From: Octopus vulgaris | Taxonomy: Eukaryota | NCBI GenBank assembly: GCA_951406725.2 | Contig: OX597816.1 | Location: forward strand, 144,522,001-144,586,000 | DNA: 64,000 bases | Reading direction: 5' to 3' | In this document: in pieces, positions 57,463 through 64,000 of the stretch | How the letters are laid out: each line of letters opens with the position of its first letter | How positions within the stretch are numbered: position 1 is the stretch's first letter | Notes under the pieces: model-generated | Told to the model about the DNA's origin: nothing | Seen by the model: only the letters and a program-made list of their open reading frames with translations | Database searches by the model: none | Made by a program: the position numbers and the translations under genes

Positions 57463-58389
57463 ATAGAAATAAATATCTTCGAAGTTATAAAACTGCATAT
57501 TTTTCAGAATTTTCGTTTGCGAGTTTTTTAGAGTTAGCTCCCTTGTTATGAGGAAAGGCAACAAAAGTTATCTGCTCTTGGTCTTAAACTGCGACATTGA
57601 TAAGAAAACCGGCTAGTGCTATTTTCTTCCAGTAACAGTGACTCACCTGCCCGTTGTCTTATGTAGAGTAGACACTGCTGCATAAAGATATATTTAGCTG
57701 ACAGATGAGTCAACAGTAAAGATTGTAACAACACTATTCCTATGGGAAATAGATGGGACATTCTGTCACATGCTTCCAAAACTTGAGATCAAAGGAAATT
57801 TTTGAAGACTTCGATGAGGATGAGGGATAGGACAGCACCCCAGTGTTTGAGCTGTAATTTCACTATTCTTACACTTGGTATGCATATGATAGTGAGAAAG
57901 AAGACAGATTATCTTACACAATGTTGTTTTTCTTCACTTTCCATATAGACCCGTTGCTTTATAGCTGTGATCTTGCACTTGGTGATGTTTGCGCACAATA
58001 CTGAGAATAAAGACGGATCAGATCACATAGTGTTGTTTTCTCTTTCCTTAAAGACCTGATATCACGTATTTGTTTTTTTTAGTCAATGAGAGGAATGCAG
58101 CATTTCTTCTGGATAGAAGAAGAAGCGGCGATCATCAGTTTTACTGTGTTACAGCTAGTTACAACCATGAATTATACTTGTGATACGTATAATGTTTTTG
58201 ATTAGTTTTTAATGTGTGTGTGTTATGATGACGAGGTTATATAGTCAGAGGATAGACTGCTTGTCAAATGGTTGTGGTAGTTAGTTATGTGGAGCAGAAG
58301 TTGATGCCTAAGGAAAAGCTGTTGTAAGAAGTTGTACGAGGGGTTGTTGAAACGTTCCTAGCTTTAAGGGTATTGCGAAAGGCTCGACC

Positions 58390-58542
58390 TTCCGAGTTCT
58401 TTTACAGGGCTTAGAAAAAATGAAGTACCGCTGCAATAAGTGTGTTAATCTGCGAGGGGAATATGTTGAATACAATCATAATTGACTGATCATCCTGTAT
58501 TTTAACTTTTATCCCAAACCAGGCACTTTTCAATACCCTCTC
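58390..58542 (+). mobile_element. Mariner 3' end fragment
   Basis: GLEKMKYRCNKCVNLRGEYVE transposase C-terminus, followed by a TIR-like end ...ctcg|ta. Confidence 0.6.
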
Positions 58543-59896
58543 GTATGTATGTATGTTGGTAGCGATTGCTTAGAATGTTAAGTGACTATACTTGTGATAT
58601 TATTTTATCATTTAGTGTGTTAACTGCATTGCTCTTGTACCAGGATGAATTGTGCAGCATTGAGGTTTCCCACTAATGATTGCTTGGAACAGTTATAAAT
58701 TGTTTTACTTAGCTTTTTTATTCAGGTAAGATGGTTAATAAGGTGCATGGTGTTATACAAGGTGTCGTTTTCTATATATTTTCAAGTGTTGGTTGTGGTG
58801 TCCATGTACTGGATCTATTATTTTTACATAAGATATGAAGCCTATACCAGAAGGTGTTTATCTAACATTATCAACGTGTAATTAAGGATTTGAAGAGATC
58901 TGTTTTGCGGTTGTGAATATTTTTCTTAAACAATCATAACGTGAATGTTGTGCGTTAGAATAACATATTCTAATTCCATAGAGCTGCTTTTGGGCCTTTA
59001 ATTTTTGAATTGCATTGTTTTTAAGTGCTCATAATATGTTTACAAAGTTTACAATTAACTGTGAAATGCCGGTATTTCTTAATGAAGTATTTCATGTAGA
59101 TCTCTGGTGTTGAGAATGGAGATAATAACAGTCTGTTGTTTCTAATTATTGTCGTTATTGTTGCCATTGTTGTTATTTTTATGGTTACTGTCGTTGTTAT
59201 TGTTCTTGTTTCAATAGAGTTGTAACTTAAGGTGTGATTGAAAATATTTTCCTCTTGAAATCTCTCTTCTTTGGCGCCACAACACAGCAGCACACATCAC
59301 CTTTCCTGTAAATAAACCAGATGTAAATAGCATTTGTGCTTGAAGTCTTTTCTCTTCGCTTGCTGGAAGCCTGAACTACTTAAAGAACAAAAAGAATGAT
59401 GGAAGGAGACGATATTCTTCCAATATCGTAAACCTTGCCTTCAATTATTAAAAATGGTGCCCCCCCCCCCGACGTAGAAAAGTTTTTCGACAGCCACAAG
59501 TTTCATCGCATTACAAAACGCCTCAGCCGAATCACGAAGTGGCGGTTTTCACTCGTTTTCGACTGGTAAACACACCAATGGCTACAATTCCAGCCGTCCA
59601 TCAACATCTAGCAAGACGACCATCACCTTCCAGTCATCGTTCCCGCCACCATATTTGAATTGTCCCACGTGGAAACAGAATTTTACCGGTCGCGCATAAC
59701 TTTCTGGCGATTTTTTTTAAACTGAGAAACAGAGAAAAAAACATATTTGTTGGTTCAAGCACACACATACCATTACACTGTTTTTCTTTTCGCATTTTTT
59801 TTTTTGTGTTGAAAGAAAACATAAGAGAGAAAAAAAGCAGGTTTAGCGACGAAAATTTTTTTTTGTTTGTGCATTCAGTACACAATTCTATAAATT

Positions 59897-61222
59897 TTGT
59901 TCAGAAAATTTTTTTCTCGCACACTCGCTACTATTTCCAACCACACTTTTTGTCGGTTTTATTTTGGTCCATTTCTTTTCTCCTCTGACAGAAGACAAAA
60001 CAAAAATTTCCCTTCGTATACTGGTGACGTCTCATTTAGGTTCGCTCAGTTAGAGGCATATTTTGCAGTACATACTGTACCATCGTCGCGTCAGTTGAAT
60101 CTTCTTTTGTGTAACATTCCTGCACCACTCGCTCCTTCAGTCAGGGATCTCATAACTGATCCTCGTCCGGATGCGACGTACGAGGGGGTCAAATCTGAGG
60201 TTCTCCGCCGAAACACAAAATCAGCGGAGTCTAAATTTAAGCAGCTTATGCAAGATGAGGAGTTAGGTGACAGGACGCCGACTCAATTTTTACGGCATCT
60301 CCGTGAATTCACCGACACGATTGAGGACAGTTCGCTTCCAAAGAAACTTTTCTTCTCCCGGCTATCTCCCAATGTGCAAACCATCTTGGTCACAGCGGTT
60401 GATACCAACACCGTGGATCAACTTGCTACCATGGCTGGCAAGATTCTAGAATTTGCTATCCAGCCAGCACCTCGCCATGTCTGCTCCTGCTCAGAGATTT
60501 CCTCCGCTGCATCTTCCACCTCTCAGTATATTTTGGATAGACTTGATGCCTTCATACGCCGAATAGACGCGCTTTGGAGAGAGCAATCCAACTCTTCGCG
60601 CCGTCGAAATCTGAGACGGTCCCGTTCACGCTCGACCGATTCCTTTTCTTCTCACTCCGGTCTGTGTTGGTACCATAAAAAATTTGCAGAAAAAGCGCAC
60701 AAACCTCTCTCTCCCAAAGTCGATGCCATTCAGCGCATCGCACCCCACACTTCACTACACCAACTTCGTCAATTTTGGGGCGTTGCCAATTTTTACAGAC
60801 ATTTCGTTAGAAATTGTGCAGACAAGTTATTTCCCTTGACTCAGCTGTTGAAGGCAGATATCAAAAAGAATTCTATTGCTTTATTTGACGAGGTGTTATC
60901 TGCTTTTGAGTTCATTAAGAAGGAAATCGCTTCTGTCCCTTTGCTTGCACATCCAGTTACCGACGCTCCTCTTTCTTTGACCGTTGATGCATCGGACTCT
61001 GCGGTTGGTGCTGTTTTGCAGCACACCGTAGACAATCAGACTAAACCTTTGGCGTTTTTTTCTCGTCAATTAAAGCCAGCTGAACGTCGGTACAGTACAT
61101 TTGATCGCGAGCTTTTGGCGATCTACCTGTCCGTTCGTCATTTTCAACATCAACTCGAGGGCCGAGATTTTGTGATTTATACTGATCGCAAGCCTCTTAT
61201 GTTTGCTCTGTCATCTAAATAG
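59897..61222 (+). pseudogene. In-frame gag to RT-thumb/RNase H fusion ORF
   Basis: Gag motifs FAQLEAYF, LGDRTPTQFLR and CWYH are joined near 60703 to KVDAI...FWGVANFYRHF and LTVDASDSAVGAVL...YSTFDRELLA. Confidence 0.85.
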
Positions 61223-62728
61223 GACAAACACTCGCCTCGTGTTATTCGTCACCTGGACTACATTTCCCAGTTCACGAGTGACATTCAGCACATTCCTGGA
61301 ACAGAGAAGGTGCCTGCTGATGCATTCCCTCGTCTTCCTGTGTGCTCCCTTTCATCTCCTGCTGCAACCGATCTAACTGCCATTGCGCAGGATCAGCCAG
61401 CTCTGGACACTTTGGATTTAGCTTCTACAAAGTTATCCTGTTTCAAGTTTGCCTGTATCTCACTTCCGACTGCTGAAGGCACCATTCTTTGTGACACAGC
61501 TACTGGTTCGCCCAGGCCGTTTGTACCTGAGAACCATCAGCGCTCCGTTTTTTTTTGCCTTGCATTCACTGTCACATCCGAGCGTTGCTGCCTCGGTGAA
61601 GCTTATTACGGCTCGATTTTTCTGGCATAATATGCGCCGGATGATCACCGATTGGGCACGCTCTTGTGTAAAATGCCAGCGTTCTAAAATCTACAGGCAT
61701 ATTCGCGCTCCTCTTGGACAGTTTTCTCTTCCGGAGACTCGTTTTCGCCATGTCCACATTGATCTGGTTGGACCATGGCCTGTCAGCCGCGGTTTCTCTC
61801 ACATATTAACATACGTCGATCGTTTCTCTCGTTGACCAGAGGCCATTCCAATAGTGGACATCTCCGCTGAGTCAGTTGCTCGAGCTTTCGTTTCTAACTG
61901 GATTGCTCGCTTTGGAGTCCCTGCTAAAATAACCACTCAACTCGGACGCCAGTTCGAGGCTTCCCTATTTCGTGAATTATCACGAATCCTAGGAGTTCAT
62001 CACATTCATACGACCAGCTACCACCCAGCCTCCAACGGGATGGTCGAACGTTTTCACAGGCAATTGAAGGCTACCCTACGTGCCACTTCTGACCCGCATC
62101 TTGGACAGAATTCCTGCCTATCGTTCTTCTTGGTTGTGGCACTGCTGTTAAAGCAGACTTATGTTTCTCTTCCGCTGAGCTCTTCTACGGTACCATCCTA
62201 GTACTCTCTGGTACAATGTTAGCGCCAGACAACTCATCGCCTCCTAATCCAACGTCGTATGTCACCAGACTTCGCTCATATTTCTCAAGTCTTCCACCCA
62301 TGCATCTGCATGACCAGTCTATTCCATCTCACGTCCTTCCGGATATTGACAAATGGACTCATGTTTTTGTTCGGAATGATTCTGTCAGAGGGCCTCTCGT
62401 TTCTCCTTATAAGGGACCGTTTCGTGTGCTATCGCGCAGACCCAAAACTTTTAGTCTCGACATCCATGGTCGGGTAGAGATCGTGTCGGTCGACAGACTT
62501 AAAAGTGCACATTTTGAGGTGTCCATACCCTTCCATGACACCCCAAACACGCCCACCTTTGATCCTTTACAACTACCTACACATTCACCTGCACATGCAC
62601 CTTTGACCACACCATCACCTACACCTACACCTTCGTCGCCACTGCCTAACACGAACAAACCCTATGTCACCAGGACTGGCCGCACTGTGCATTGGCCTAA
62701 AAAACTCACTAAAACTATTTATATCTGA
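61223..62728 (+). pseudogene. Gypsy integrase, frameshifted
   Basis: HSLSH...CVKC zinc finger, [23 protein letters not shown], and a GPF/GPY-like module (PYKGPFRV). Confidence 0.88.
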
Positions 62729-64000
62729 CAATCTCTTTTGTGTTTCCTGTGACAGACAATCGCTTTCTTGTCTTACTGGACAGTTCCAATACTCTGCCAT
62801 TAAAAATTTTGTCAAATTTTGTGCATGCCAATTTATATTTCTTGCAGTTATTTTTCTATTTGACTTGTCACATTTTTGTAGCATATCTTGTTGGTTGCGA
62901 TCAGTTGCCATCTTTCCTCTTTCTTGTGCCTGCTCCAATTATTCTGTTTTCGTACTACCACACTCAGGGGGGAGCCTTTGTAGCGGCACAAGCAGTCTGC
63001 GCCATATTGGATGAGATCTCGCGGCAGTCATTGCCATTTCCGAGACTGTATGGAGACCTGATCTGCATTCATTTGCCATGCACAAGATCACAACGGGGCT
63101 TGTTGTGGAGAAAACTATATAAAGGGAAAACCTTCTTCAAATTTTTCTTCTTCGGCTCCACAACACAGCAGCACTGGCTGAACAACATCACTGACTGTGG
63201 CTTTCTGCCTGTCTATCTTCAGAGGCAATGCGCCTACACTATCGGAGCTTAAGATGGTAGCTGAGAGCAGTACACTTCACCTTTCCTGTAAATAAACCAG
63301 ATGTAAATAGCATTTGTGCTTGAAGTCTTTTCTCTTTGCCTGCCGGAAGCCTGAACTACTTAAAGAACAAAAAGAATGATGGAAAGAGGCGATATTCTTC
63401 AGATATCATAAACCTTGCCTCTCATTATTAAAAAAGTATCTGTGAGAATGTTTGAGTTACCCATATTGTAAAAGGCGTTTGCATATTGATGGAAACAATC
63501 AGGTCAAATGTTAGCAAAATCATATTATACAGATTCCTTTGTGTTGTTCTTCTGCATCTTATCACTACTACAGTGTAGACAGAAGCTTTCTTTAAAATAT
63601 TTCAGATTGTGTGGTTGAAATTGTTTATGACGCGAAATCTATTGCAATGGTTGCCTGAAGAACGATTTGAACTCAACACGTAATAGCAAAATGCATAAGG
63701 AACGTTCTGTTTTTTTTTTATAATGATTGGCTGTAATTATTTAGAGATATGTAGACAAGATCATTGATAGTTAACCATCTTAGTTAAGGTGACTGTCTAA
63801 AGCCGGTAACAAGATAACGAACAAATCTGTTCTTCAAAAGAAGGAGGTAATTTCTTTTAAATCAAACTGAAAAGTTTTTTAAAGTTAAATTTGCAATTTA
63901 ATGTCAGTGGATTTAAATTCCCATACATCATTTTAGAGTTCTTTCTGTTTGGATGCCACCTTCCAATTTCTTCAATTTTGTCCCAATTGATTTCAGATTT

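Larger units (their letters stand above)
59240..63433 (+). mobile_element. Ty3/Gypsy LTR retrotransposon, non-autonomous (protease and RT deleted)
   Basis: Partial 5' LTR ~59240-59453, tRNA-Trp-like PBS tggtg(c)n-gacgt at 59455-59475, PPT aggggggag at 62966-62974, and 3' LTR 62979-63433 starting TG. Confidence 0.9.

Noticed and set aside
57540-59200. Very old minus-strand LINE hosting the Gypsy and mariner fragments (also 63435-64000)
   Set aside because: Only faint motif echoes are visible; it cannot be supported without a profile search.

Overview
AT-rich, microsatellite-dense animal DNA. The SINE repertoire resembles that of octopus/cephalopods (inference). No intact host gene can be supported. 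The window holds: (1) nested and degraded transposons, including a near-full-length Tx1-type LINE inside a mariner, a 5'-truncated Tx1 in a (TATC)n tract, CR1, RTE and R4/Dong-like fragments, a maT-like element, a mini-Helitron inside a SINE, and an internally deleted Ty3/Gypsy element; (2) a tandem segmental duplication at about 10.4-36 kb with a main period near 14.7 kb, whose repeated block carries a Cys-rich, possibly IL-17/cystine-knot-like exon remnant; (3) at least eight sequence-unrelated, short non-coding inserts in (TA)n or (CAA)n tracts. Most of these inserts are fold-back elements and several share 3'-tail motifs. Six of them carry recognisable type I hammerhead ribozyme folds, some degenerate, as expected for Penelope pLTR or retrozyme-like elements. 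One shows a tail-to-head junction suggesting a ~535-nt circular or tandem RNA template. All folds and alignments were read by eye.
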